From Patescibacteria group bacterium (GTDB taxonomy: Bacteria; Patescibacteriota; Minisyncoccia; Portnoybacterales; UBA2143), in NCBI GenBank assembly GCA_018830295.1, contig JAHJSM010000002.1:14598-78597 (forward strand): a stretch of DNA of 64,000 nucleotides, read 5' to 3'. Position 1 is the first letter of the stretch, and each line of letters starts with the position of its first letter. The notes beneath the pieces are model-generated. The model was not told the origin of the DNA. It worked only from the letters and a program-made list of their open reading frames with translations, and did not search any database. Shown here one piece after another: positions 38,082 through 47,815 of the stretch. Made by a program: the position numbers and the translations under genes.

Positions 38082-38741
38082 TTATCTTTCTTCAAGTTTA
38101 ATAACTACCGTTTCAAAATCAGAAGAAAGCCATGAATCATCAAGATAGACCAACTCTAAAGTATCCAGATTTATATTGTTGGGCACTTCATAGGTGATAT
38201 ATCCTCTCATTTTTCTTGTTGGCGCTAATTCAATACTTTCAAATTTTGGTTCTTTTTCGTAAATAGATCTCTCATAAATATGTCCTTGGTTATCATAAAG
38301 CTCAAAATCATATGTACTGTAATATTTAGGATTATCTGTGATATTGGTAAGTTCTATATCAATTGCAATATATTTATTACCTAGTGATGGCTGACGCCAA
38401 GAGTCAGATTCTTGATGTTTAGATATGCCGTATGCGATTATTTTACAGTTTTTTAACCATGCTTCTTTTTTAAGATATACTGTAATAATCTGAGATTTTT
38501 CAGGAGCAAGAGATTGAGTTGTTTCTTTCTTTTTGCTTCCATCTCCATCAATAAAAATAATAATAACAATGACAAAGACGATAAGCCCTAAAACAGCCAA
38601 ACAGCCATAACCTTGCTTTTCTTGCTCTTTTTTCTTAATCTCTTTTTCTGCTTTAACCCTCGCCTCTACTCGCATTTTTTCTTCCATTTCTATTTCTTCT
38701 TGTTTTGATAAATTTTCGCTTTTCTTTTTTTCTTCGTTCAT
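38082..38741 (-). CDS. DUF4352-like membrane-anchored protein
   Basis: TM then YIAIDIELTN, FELYDNQG, LAP....GYITYEVP. Confidence 0.75.
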   Translation of the reverse strand: MNEEKKKSENLSKQEEIEMEEKMRVEARVKAEKEIKKKEQEKQGYGCLAVLGLIVFVIVIIIFIDGDGSKKKETTQSLAPEKSQIITVYLKKEAWLKNCKIIAYGISKHQESDSWRQPSLGNKYIAIDIELTNITDNPKYYSTYDFELYDNQGHIYERSIYEKEPKFESIELAPTRKMRGYITYEVPNNINLDTLELVYLDDSWLSSDFETVVIKLEER

Positions 38742-38778
38742 ATTTTTTTATTTATATTTTAATTATGTCCAAAAACAC

Positions 38779-38918
38779 AAAGCCCCCCACGAGTGATAGT
38801 CCTTTCGGACCATCCAATAGCCTTTCGACCATTGACCCAATCACGAGTACTCAATGAGGAGCTTAATATCGTGATTGGGGTTTTATGCCATATCCCTATG
38901 AGACGAGACTTAGGCAAA
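38779..38918 (-). ncRNA. Structured RNA motif copy B (leader of DUF4352 operon)
   Basis: CCUAAG/UAUGG receptor hairpin, 11-bp stem, two GAAA hairpins; same architecture as 47816-47960. Confidence 0.65.
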
Positions 38919-38931
38919 TTAAATTGTCTGA

Positions 38932-39870
38932 TTATAGATTATCTTTTTTATTCTTTTTAGTCAACCGCTTGTCGTGGAATTTGTGATAGGCTTCTTTTAG
39001 AAAATTGTTTGAGACACTTAAGTATCTTTCGGTTGTGGAAATTGAGCTATGTCCAAGTAATTTTTGGACAAAGTAAAGATTACAGCCGTTGTTGAGCAAA
39101 TCCACGGCGAAAGACCTCCTCATTGTATGAGGCGTGACTTTTTTGACAATCTTGGCTAATTTGCTATATTTGGTTATCAGTAATTGAACGCCCCGAGGTG
39201 ATAGCCGGGCTATTATATCCCTATCATGACGGACAAATAGGGCAGGACAATTATCTTTTCTTGCCTTAAGGTAATTTTCAAGACCATCAATGGCATTTCC
39301 GGACAGAAAAACCAGTCTAATCTTGCCTCCCTTGCCTATGATTGCGAGCTCTTTTTGTTTAAAATTAATTTGTTCCTTATTTAAATTAGTTAGTTCGAAA
39401 AGCCGGAGCCCAGTTGAAAATAAAAGTTCTAAAATTGCTTTATCTCGCAAATTGATTATTGGCTTGGCTTGGTATCTAAGTGGAGCTTTTAGTAATTTCC
39501 TCAATTCGGACCTATCTAAAAAAGTTACTTCTCTGTCACTAATTTTAGGCAATTCAATGATTTGAGGCGTAATAGCTATTTTATAATCTTGTTTTTGAAG
39601 ATGGGCAATAAAACTGCGGATTATTATTAAATAATGCGATTGGGTGGCTAAACTCAAATTTTGGCTTGATTTGCCTTTTAATTTGCTCAACCACAATTGA
39701 TAATTAATTAAATTTCTTTTAGTAATTTGGTCAATTGGAATATTGCCAAGTTGCTTTTTAAAAAGATCTAAGCCACGGCTATAACTAATTAGCGTGTGAT
39801 GACTTTTGCCTCTAATTTTTAGATATTCCAAAAAATTTTTAATGGATTGTGTTAATTTTATTGTTTCCAT
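38932..39870 (-). CDS. Tyrosine recombinase XerC/D family
   Basis: LLFSTGLRLFEL, GKGGK, TPHTMRRSFA, LLGHSSISTTERY. Confidence 0.9.
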   Translation of the reverse strand: METIKLTQSIKNFLEYLKIRGKSHHTLISYSRGLDLFKKQLGNIPIDQITKRNLINYQLWLSKLKGKSSQNLSLATQSHYLIIIRSFIAHLQKQDYKIAITPQIIELPKISDREVTFLDRSELRKLLKAPLRYQAKPIINLRDKAILELLFSTGLRLFELTNLNKEQINFKQKELAIIGKGGKIRLVFLSGNAIDGLENYLKARKDNCPALFVRHDRDIIARLSPRGVQLLITKYSKLAKIVKKVTPHTMRRSFAVDLLNNGCNLYFVQKLLGHSSISTTERYLSVSNNFLKEAYHKFHDKRLTKKNKKDNL

Positions 39871-39920
39871 AATTTAGGAGCGCGTATCGCGCGCGCGTTA
39901 TAAAACGAACTTATTGGCAA

Positions 39921-40352
39921 TTAATCCGTTATTAACCCTTTTTCCTTAAAAGAAAAGTAATCGTTCTTTAAATTAATTATTATGTGGTCGAACAATTCGA
40001 TTCCCAGTATTTTGCCAGCTTCCGCTATCCTTTTTGTTGTCTTCAAGTCGTCCTCTGACGGCTCAATTTCTCCGCTTGGGTGATTATGTAAAATGATCAA
40101 GCTAGCAGATGATGCCGTTATGGCAGGTCTAAAGGTTTCTCTTGGGTGGATTAAGCCAGCATTCAATACTCCCAGACCTATTAATTCAATCCGTGTTATG
40201 GCATTTCTGGCGTTCAAATATACTGCCCAAAAATGCTCCTTCATTCTGTCGTCTTTTTCTTCTGACTTAAGGACTTCTGTCAAAATCTTAGCTATCTTTT
40301 TAGGATCGCTAATTTTTGTTTTTCTTATTTTATCGCTTATTTTTATTCTCAT
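39921..40352 (-). CDS. radC: RadC-like JAB domain protein
   Basis: EHFWAVYLN, HPRETFR, HNHPSG..PS.DD, LFDHII. Confidence 0.9.
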   Translation of the reverse strand: MRIKISDKIRKTKISDPKKIAKILTEVLKSEEKDDRMKEHFWAVYLNARNAITRIELIGLGVLNAGLIHPRETFRPAITASSASLIILHNHPSGEIEPSEDDLKTTKRIAEAGKILGIELFDHIIINLKNDYFSFKEKGLITD

Positions 40353-40391
40353 GTTTTGGCTCCTTTCTAAAATTTAAATTATATTTTGGAC

Positions 40392-40511
40392 GCAAAACAA
40401 AAACCCCGGCCGTACAAAATCGACCGGGGCCCTCAACCTCGAAAGGCTGAGACCCAACCTTAAAAAGGTTGAGATGGTTCTATCATACCAAAACCAAAGA
40501 GCGTTTGGCAA
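40392..40511 (-). promoter_or_regulatory. Promoter and three-hairpin leader/attenuator upstream of radC-xer
   Basis: TTGCCA-N18-TATGAT; three consecutive stems, the last GC-rich with a U tract. Confidence 0.55.
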
Positions 40512-41001
40512 ATAGAAAAGACCTTAAGTTTTGTAACGGCGCGAACAACGCGCCCAAAAGGCAAATATTCAAGTAAAGATTTTTTAAGTTTCTACCTCCA
40601 TTTTAAGCGATTTTCGGATGAGAGTCAATAGGTCCGAATGGGGATAAACACGCACTGGTAAACGCTTTATAGCGTTTTTGAGGATTGAAGTTGGGTTCAC
40701 ATAATCGGCATTATGAGATTAGCTATAATGTTGGTTTTGAGGTGTTTTGAGCCAGAAAAAAAAGACCGAAGCATAAGAGGACACTTAGCGTTCAAAGGCA
40801 TCTGCGACACGATCTCCAAAAACGCCAGGCAAGTACGTAGTTTATACCGTTTGAGCGATGAACGGGGATATATCTTCAGAATATTAAACTATCCCATTTT
40901 GGCGTTCTACGCTAGTCAGTCTGGGATCGTATGAATTAGGTCATCTTGGATCGAAAAACCCCTTATATGGCTGTTTTTATATCAAAAATCGCCTTCCTCA
41001 G

Positions 41002-41220
41002 CTACTTTTCTTCTGGGTTGGACAACCGATAGAGTTGTTCGACCAGCGTTGATCGATGTTTTTTGCCATAATCGCCCTTATCAATGAGTCGGTTGAACCA
41101 TTGAGCAATAGCCGGACGACCAAAGTTTCTGTCTTTGACGGTTTCGGCAAAACAAGTAAAACTAGACCAATATGGGTTTTGGTTTGATATTGTATTGAAT
41201 ACTCGATAAATAGATCGCAT
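41002..41220 (-). CDS. Small hypothetical protein (72 aa)
   Basis: ATG start after AT-rich leader; protein-like NPYWSSFTCFAE..WFNRLIDKGDY. Confidence 0.6.
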   Translation of the reverse strand: MRSIYRVFNTISNQNPYWSSFTCFAETVKDRNFGRPAIAQWFNRLIDKGDYGKKHRSTLVEQLYRLSNPEEK

Positions 41221-41229
41221 AGTTAATTT

Positions 41230-41870
41230 TATATGGGTTTGTTTGATATTGAAGGGCTAACCGAGGGGCTAAGGCACTATCTGTGGTCAGGCTCCTTGCT
41301 GATCAACCTGGGCATTCATCTACCATCTTTTACCATTTTCCCTAGTTAGTTGGCTAACCTCTCTTCATCTTCCCTTACACACCAACCCCCGTTTAGAATA
41401 GCAACGGCTTCCAAAGCCTGTCTATTAGCCTGGAGTACCGCAATCCCTAGGAATCCATTATTTCGTGGTAGGGTCTTGATTGACTGTAGTTGGAATATGA
41501 TGTCCAGCTGTTAAACTTTCATCCATCACCCACCAACCCGAATTCTTTATCGCCCAATCTTTTTACGGTTTAACGATAAAGCAATGTAGACCATAACGCT
41601 CTACTGCGCGGAAATTACGATGCTACCCCCTTATCGTCAGTAGTGTCCGTATTCCTTTATCCCAGCTGTCTTTTATTAAGACAGTAGCTAACAGGTAGCT
41701 ATACTTAGTGGCACTAATGGGCGGCATCCTGGGTTCGCCTTACCACACCCCATTAGGTTTTTAAGAGTTTTATTAGAGCTCTATTGTAATTAAACAATTT
41801 TTTACCAACAACATCGTCAAGGCGAACCTGCTATTGAATCTAAACGATGTTGCTAGTAAAAAACTGATTA
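41230..41870 (-). ncRNA. Candidate large structured RNA or origin (~640 nt)
   Basis: No ORF >=60 aa; about ten hairpins; 20-bp stem with G.U pairs on minus strand; 10-nt complementary loops. Confidence 0.55.
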
Positions 41871-41889
41871 TTAACAATCTGGCTAAACT

Positions 41890-42093
41890 TTAAATCTTCA
41901 TATTCTTTTTTTTGTGTTCTAACTGGCTGTTTTCTGTTGATTCTAAATTTGTCTGATTTTTATTTTTAGCGAACTGGACAAAGACATTGGCTATGTCTTG
42001 GATATTTTTTGCAATTTCAATAATCTCCTTTTCTGAGGGGTCAAGTCCATATTTTTCAAGAATTTTTTTGTAATCTGTATTATCGAAGTCCAT
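41890..42093 (-). CDS. Small helical hypothetical protein (67 aa)
   Basis: ATG start downstream of promoter TTGACC-N17-TAATAT (42298-42270). Confidence 0.55.
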   Translation of the reverse strand: MDFDNTDYKKILEKYGLDPSEKEIIEIAKNIQDIANVFVQFAKNKNQTNLESTENSQLEHKKKNMKI

Positions 42094-42099
42094 GATTGT

Positions 42100-42298
42100 G
42101 AAAATAAAAAAGCCGCCAACGCTATTCAGGCTGGTGGTTTAGAAATAAAAAAAGACTACTAATCAAAACCCAGCACTGAATTGTGCCAGTCCGATGGTAG
42201 TCTTGTGCGCCTCAGTGGACTTAATAAGAGGAGCGACTTGAGGAATATTTAGTTTTATATCTTATTGAGATATTACTTTAGATTACCCAAAGGGTCAA
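42100..42298 (-). promoter_or_regulatory. Promoter plus leader with two terminator-like hairpins
   Basis: TTGACC-N17-TAATAT; AAGACTAC/GTAGTCTT-T run; CCACCAGC/GTTGGCGG-T run. Confidence 0.55.
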
Positions 42299-42401
42299 AT
42301 ATTTGTTTTTTTGGCTTTTCAAACGAGCGGATTTTTGGTATAATCAAAACATAATACTTCAGTTTAGCATCAATAAAAAGAGGACTTGATTAAATAATTT
42401 T

Positions 42402-43190
42402 ATGGCAAAAGAAATAACAACTAAATATTTTAAGCAATACAGACAAAAATTAGGTTTTGCCAATCAAATGGATGTTAAAAAGTTTTTTGGAGCCAAGGAT
42501 GTTCTCCCGACCGTAGATTTTAGCTACATAAAGTTATTAAACAAGAGACTTTACGAAATAGTTGATTTAATAAACGCTGTCGTTGCTGATAATATAAAGG
42601 TTGATGATCTGCTTTCGTTTAAAAAAGAAGAGATAGACCATTCTTTTGAGATAATGAAAAAAAACAAAATTTTGCCGAGATTAAATAATCTTGGCAGAAG
42701 ACCCGAACAAGTTTATTTTTCTTGGATGAGGGGCTATGTAATTTCCAGTTTTTTCTTAAAGGCATTGGGCATAGTCTTTGAGGTAGATACTTCAAAAATA
42801 GACCTAATTGGAGATGATGATTTGAGAAATATTGAAACTTTCAGAAGGACTCCAAAAGCGGATTTGGAAATTAAATTAAACGGTAAAGAAAAGGTTAGAA
42901 TAGAAATACAATCTGGTTTTACCGGTATAAATGATATAAAACAACACAAAGTGTTAGAATCAAAACGCATTTTTAGAGATTTGGGAATTCATACATTGGC
43001 AATTCATTTTGATTTATACAACGGACAAGTGGCATTTGTAAAACTAGACGAGATAGAAGACAGAAATATCAATTGGATTACAAGGCAGCAAATGGAAGGG
43101 CAAACGGTTTTTAACATAAATCAGAATTATTTCGTGTGGAAAATTACGCAGAAGCCAATCAAATATAAAAAAATCAAATTTGATTTATGA
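42402..43190 (+). CDS. Probable type II restriction endonuclease
   Basis: PKADLEI..IEIQSG PD-(D/E)xK-like motif; overlaps start of C5 methyltransferase. Confidence 0.7.
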   Translation: MAKEITTKYFKQYRQKLGFANQMDVKKFFGAKDVLPTVDFSYIKLLNKRLYEIVDLINAVVADNIKVDDLLSFKKEEIDHSFEIMKKNKILPRLNNLGRRPEQVYFSWMRGYVISSFFLKALGIVFEVDTSKIDLIGDDDLRNIETFRRTPKADLEIKLNGKEKVRIEIQSGFTGINDIKQHKVLESKRIFRDLGIHTLAIHFDLYNGQVAFVKLDEIEDRNINWITRQQMEGQTVFNINQNYFVWKITQKPIKYKKIKFDL

Positions 43191-44314
43191 GTAAAAAAAT
43201 CAAAATAATAGATTTGTTTTCTGGAGTTGGGGGGTTGAGTTATGGCTTTGCTCGCGATGACAATTTTGAGATAGTAGCAGCAAATGAGATTTTGGAAAAT
43301 ATGGCTAAGGCCTATTTGTTAAATCATCCAGGAGTAAAAGTTTATGTTGACGACATAAAGAATTTTAACGCGAAAATTATTAAGGGTGATCTGCGAATTA
43401 AAACAGGGAAAATTGATATAATTGTTGGCGGACCGCCTTGTCAGGCCTATTCAACAGTTGGCAAAAGATTAATTAACGATTCGCGAGGAAAACTTTTTCA
43501 AGAATATTATCGGGTTTTGAAGGAATTCAATCCGAAATTTTTTCTTTTTGAAAATGTAAAAGGATTGCTATCTATGCAAGGAGGAGAATTATTGAAAACA
43601 ATTATGTCGCTTTTTGAATCGTTGGGATACGAGACGCAATATAAGGTTTTAAACGCGGCTGACTACGGCGCGCCGCAAATAAGAGAAAGAGTCATAATTA
43701 TAGGGTCAAAATTAAAAACTAAATTTCAGTATCCAAAACCCACACATTATGATTCGAAAGAAAAACAAAGTTTGTTTAATGATAATTTGCTTCCTTATTT
43801 AACTCTTGAGGACGCCATAAGTGATTTGCCATTTATTAAAGCGGGAGAGGAAATTTTTGAATATATCTCGGAGCCAAAAAACGATTTTCAGAAAATTATG
43901 AGAGAAAATGTTCAGGAAAAGTTGATGGATCATAACGCTCCAAAAAACAACGAAAGATTAATTAAGATAATGGAATTGTTACCGGATGGCGGCACACCTG
44001 AAGATTTGCCGAAAGAGTTGCGACCAACATCGGGATTTAAAAATACTTACTGTCGTTTGTGGTGGAAACGACCATCAACTACAATTACGAGAAATTTAGG
44101 CACACCATCATCTTCCAGGTGTATTCATCCGAAAGCGCCAAGGCCGTTAACCACAAGAGAGGGGGCAAGAATTCAATGTTTTCCAGATGATTATCAATTT
44201 TATGGTTCAAGGGGCGACAGGAACTTACAAATAGGAAATGCCGTTCCGACATTTCTTTCTGTCGCGTTGGCAAAATCGATTTTAAACAATTTTCAAACAG
44301 AAAAATTGATTTAA
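43187..44314 (+). CDS. DNA (cytosine-5) methyltransferase
   Basis: DLFSGVGG, GGPPCQ, ENVKG, Q.RER, QIGNAVP. Confidence 0.95.
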   Translation: MSKKIKIIDLFSGVGGLSYGFARDDNFEIVAANEILENMAKAYLLNHPGVKVYVDDIKNFNAKIIKGDLRIKTGKIDIIVGGPPCQAYSTVGKRLINDSRGKLFQEYYRVLKEFNPKFFLFENVKGLLSMQGGELLKTIMSLFESLGYETQYKVLNAADYGAPQIRERVIIIGSKLKTKFQYPKPTHYDSKEKQSLFNDNLLPYLTLEDAISDLPFIKAGEEIFEYISEPKNDFQKIMRENVQEKLMDHNAPKNNERLIKIMELLPDGGTPEDLPKELRPTSGFKNTYCRLWWKRPSTTITRNLGTPSSSRCIHPKAPRPLTTREGARIQCFPDDYQFYGSRGDRNLQIGNAVPTFLSVALAKSILNNFQTEKLI

Positions 44315-44408
44315 TTTACAGAAAAAGGTTTCTAGCATCTTTTTATGCAGATGCGCCTGGCGTTTCGTTGGACGATCTAATGAAATAATCAATGAATATA
44401 TTTTATTT

Positions 44409-47400
44409 ATGGCAACTTATTATCAAAACAGATATAGATATCGAGGAGGATATAATAAAAGAGCTTCGGCTAATATTAGAACAAAAGAAAACAAAGCGCC
44501 GATAGTCCATACTGATCCAACATCTTCTCGTTGGCAGAATCTTCTTAAATATTATGGAGCCTGTATTTCGGTTGAGAATTCTGGAGAAATTACGCTTTTT
44601 TCTTTTAAAGAAGGGACAGAATTTTTACAAGTGCCAGTAATGGATAAAGAGTGGGTTGCGTCTGGGAAAGAGCGATTAGAGTTTGAAGGGCAAAATGAAA
44701 AAATACAAACATTAATCAACGGGCCACGGTGGAGTCGGAGCCCGCTTTCTTTTTTTTACGGTTTTCCATGCCACATCAAACATATTGAACAATCAAGGCG
44801 CGGCTGGTCAGGTCAAATTATTCAGCCGATTTTGATTTTCGGCGTTGATCTAATACGGACGGAAACTGGGTACGCGTTTGTATTACAATCAGATAGACCA
44901 AGAATAAATTCAGCTTTTCTTACTGATAAAAGTTTATTAACCAGTGTTGAGGAAAGAAAACAAGTAGCTGAAGCGGTTTTGGGGGCATGGGACGAAGAAA
45001 AAAGCAGAGAGCAGAACCTTAAAACCATTCTTAGCGCATTTGCCGAATTACTACCGCAAGAGGTTTTATTTTCAAAAGATATTTTACGCGACAAAACGAC
45101 TGAATTGAAAGCAGAAAACAGTATTTTGCCTCTTGGAATAATTTTTCGAAGCGTGGATTCAAAATATACATACGGATTAGAACAGGAGTTGAGCGAACTG
45201 CGGGGCGTTGCCACTCCGAATGATGTTTGGCGCGTCATTTTGGACCGAAATACAGAAGATGGAAAAAATAACAAGAATGACGAGTTTTTGGAAATAACTG
45301 GACTGAACGATGAACAGCGCGGAGCGGTCAAAAGTGCTTTTAATAATATAGTTAGCGTAATCACAGGGCCGCCAGGAACTGGAAAATCGCAAATTGTCCT
45401 CAATATTATTGCTAATGCCTTATTACATAACGAGAGCGTCTTGTTCGGAAGTAAAAATCATAAGGCAGTTGATGTTGTTATTGAACGGTTGTTGCGACTA
45501 CAGTCAGAACCAGTCATTTTAAAATATGGGCAAAAAGAACGAGAGGTTGAGTTTGCAGAAGCGCTTTTATCTGCGATTGAGCGCGCATCAAGTTATGACA
45601 GTCAAATATTAGAACGCGAAATCGGAGAATATAAGAAAAAATTAGAATTAATCAGAGAGGAAGAAGAAGAGGCGAAAAAATCTCTTTTTCGTATTCTTGA
45701 CCGGAGAAATCGCATCAGCCATCTTGATGCCGTTCTTGAATTAATTAAAACGGAGTTGCCTTCACCAATTTCTAAAAATTTAAAGCAGTATAAAAAGATT
45801 GAAAGAAATTATAACTTTAATAGATTACTTGGTCTTTTGGGTCGTTTGATAAAAGAAATTGATGGGGACTTGAGTTTTGTTTCGCGCATCCTTTCTTTTT
45901 TTGGTTTAACCATAGAGAAGCGGGTATTGAAAGCTTCAAAGTCTTTGCTTATTGTTATGCCTATTCAGGGCATTTCTTTTCCGATCAAATCAGAACATAA
46001 TTGCAGGGAGATTTTGACTGTTGCGCGTTTACTGAAGCGATGGATGGATAATCAATCAGAACTTCTAAGCGTTGTGCGCGAAAATGAAAATGAACAACGA
46101 ATAGAAATTTTACGAGAGAGAATAACAAAAAGTAAAGAGCGCGCAATTGATGTCAGTATCAGATATGTTGATGCGCTGATGAAGCGTCGCTTGAAATCAT
46201 TAGGAAGTAAGGAGCGACGCGATATTGCTGATTATGTAAGTATTGTTCGGCGACTAGAAGGCGATGTAATTGGCGGCGATTTTGCCAAAAGATTATACAA
46301 TGAAAGAAAGCGGATGTTTAAGAGCGTGGTTAGAGCATTTCCGGCAATGGCTGTAACAAACCTGTCTGTACGCCATGCGCTTCCATTAAGCGCTGATGTT
46401 GTTGATATAGTGGTTATTGACGAAGCGTCGCAATGCGATATTGCATCAGCACTTCCGCTCCTGTATAGAGCAAAACGGGCTGTAATTATTGGAGATCCGA
46501 ATCAGCTTACCCATATTTCTCTTTTACATCGCGCAGACGATCAGCAATTGCAGCAACAGATGGGGTTAACCTCCACGGATGACCAGCGTTTTCTTTACAG
46601 CATCAACTCTCTTTTTGAACTTGCAAGAAGTACTGTTGGCACAGGAGCAAAGTTTACGCACCTGCTTGAACATTATCGTAGTCGCGCAGAGATTATTGGA
46701 TTTTCAAATAAAAGATTTTACGGCAATAGGTTGAGCGTGTGGACGGATTATAGGCGATTGCGCGGAACAGGACATCCAGACGCTGTTGTTTGGCATGATG
46801 TTGTTGGAGAAGTTATTCGTCCATCTGTCGGAAGCGCTTATAATCTTGATGAAGCAAAAGAAATTGTTGTGTTGATTGAGGAGATTATTAAAAGAATTGC
46901 GGCGCATGGCGATGATTATTCTGTATCGCTTGGCGTCGTGACTCCATTCAGGGAACAAGCGAATAAGATTAGAGATTTAATAGGGCAAAAAATAGATGCA
47001 GCTCAGCTACGAAAGTTGGATTTTATAGTCGAAACTGCTCATAAATATCAAGGCGATGAGAAAGATATAATGATTTTCTCCCCCGTAGTATCCCGTAAAA
47101 TTCAAAAACGCTCACTCGGATTTTTAGGTAGTACGGTTAATTTATTTAATGTAGCGATTACTCGCGCGCGGGCAGAATTACATATTGTCGGTGATAGAGT
47201 TGCTTGTGCTCAATCGGGCATTCTACATCTTTCGAAGTTTGTGCAATATGTCGATGAATTAGAGCCAGAAAATAAAGACCAAAAAGGTGGAAAATTTGAG
47301 TCGCCATGGGAGGAAGTTTTGTACGATGCGCTCGCTCGGAAAGGGATTAAGACAATCCCTCAATATCCTCTCCATCAATATCGTCTTGATCTTGCTATCG

Positions 47401-47606
47401 TTGATTCAGAAATTCCCATTGATATAGAAATTGATGGAGAGATGTGGCATCGTGATATTGATGGGGGGCGATTGCTTTCAGATTTAAAGCGGGACCAACA
47501 TCTTATTATGTACGGCTGGCAAGTTAAGCGGTTTTGGGTGTATCAGCTCCAAAATGACTTAGAACAATGCGTGCAAGAAATAAAGGAAATCATTAAGAAA
47601 AAATGA
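44409..47606 (+). CDS. SF1 (DNA2/NAM7-like) helicase with C-terminal DUF559/Vsr-like nuclease domain
   Basis: GPPGTGKS, IDEASQ, GDPNQL, EHYRS, QGDEKD, NVAITRA; FESPWE..YRLDLA..EIDG..WH. Confidence 0.88.
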   Translation: MATYYQNRYRYRGGYNKRASANIRTKENKAPIVHTDPTSSRWQNLLKYYGACISVENSGEITLFSFKEGTEFLQVPVMDKEWVASGKERLEFEGQNEKIQTLINGPRWSRSPLSFFYGFPCHIKHIEQSRRGWSGQIIQPILIFGVDLIRTETGYAFVLQSDRPRINSAFLTDKSLLTSVEERKQVAEAVLGAWDEEKSREQNLKTILSAFAELLPQEVLFSKDILRDKTTELKAENSILPLGIIFRSVDSKYTYGLEQELSELRGVATPNDVWRVILDRNTEDGKNNKNDEFLEITGLNDEQRGAVKSAFNNIVSVITGPPGTGKSQIVLNIIANALLHNESVLFGSKNHKAVDVVIERLLRLQSEPVILKYGQKEREVEFAEALLSAIERASSYDSQILEREIGEYKKKLELIREEEEEAKKSLFRILDRRNRISHLDAVLELIKTELPSPISKNLKQYKKIERNYNFNRLLGLLGRLIKEIDGDLSFVSRILSFFGLTIEKRVLKASKSLLIVMPIQGISFPIKSEHNCREILTVARLLKRWMDNQSELLSVVRENENEQRIEILRERITKSKERAIDVSIRYVDALMKRRLKSLGSKERRDIADYVSIVRRLEGDVIGGDFAKRLYNERKRMFKSVVRAFPAMAVTNLSVRHALPLSADVVDIVVIDEASQCDIASALPLLYRAKRAVIIGDPNQLTHISLLHRADDQQLQQQMGLTSTDDQRFLYSINSLFELARSTVGTGAKFTHLLEHYRSRAEIIGFSNKRFYGNRLSVWTDYRRLRGTGHPDAVVWHDVVGEVIRPSVGSAYNLDEAKEIVVLIEEIIKRIAAHGDDYSVSLGVVTPFREQANKIRDLIGQKIDAAQLRKLDFIVETAHKYQGDEKDIMIFSPVVSRKIQKRSLGFLGSTVNLFNVAITRARAELHIVGDRVACAQSGILHLSKFVQYVDELEPENKDQKGGKFESPWEEVLYDALARKGIKTIPQYPLHQYRLDLAIVDSEIPIDIEIDGEMWHRDIDGGRLLSDLKRDQHLIMYGWQVKRFWVYQLQNDLEQCVQEIKEIIKKK

Positions 47607-47815
47607 AAAATAAGGCAGGAAATCAGTCAAACCTGAAGTCGAGCTGATAGGCTTTTAGAAACAGCTAATGATCAAATCGAGAAAATATTAAATTAGGGAA
47701 TTACTTTGGTTTATTTTACTATGAATAATATGCAAGAATCAGTCGCGTTGTTTGCTATTGACTTTTTTATCTAATATGATATTATACCGATAGAGAAAGT
47801 GAGTAACAATTTGAT

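Noticed and set aside
40713-40934. 73-aa plus-strand ORF
   Set aside because: Opposite to neighbouring genes, no motif or clear SD; cannot be supported
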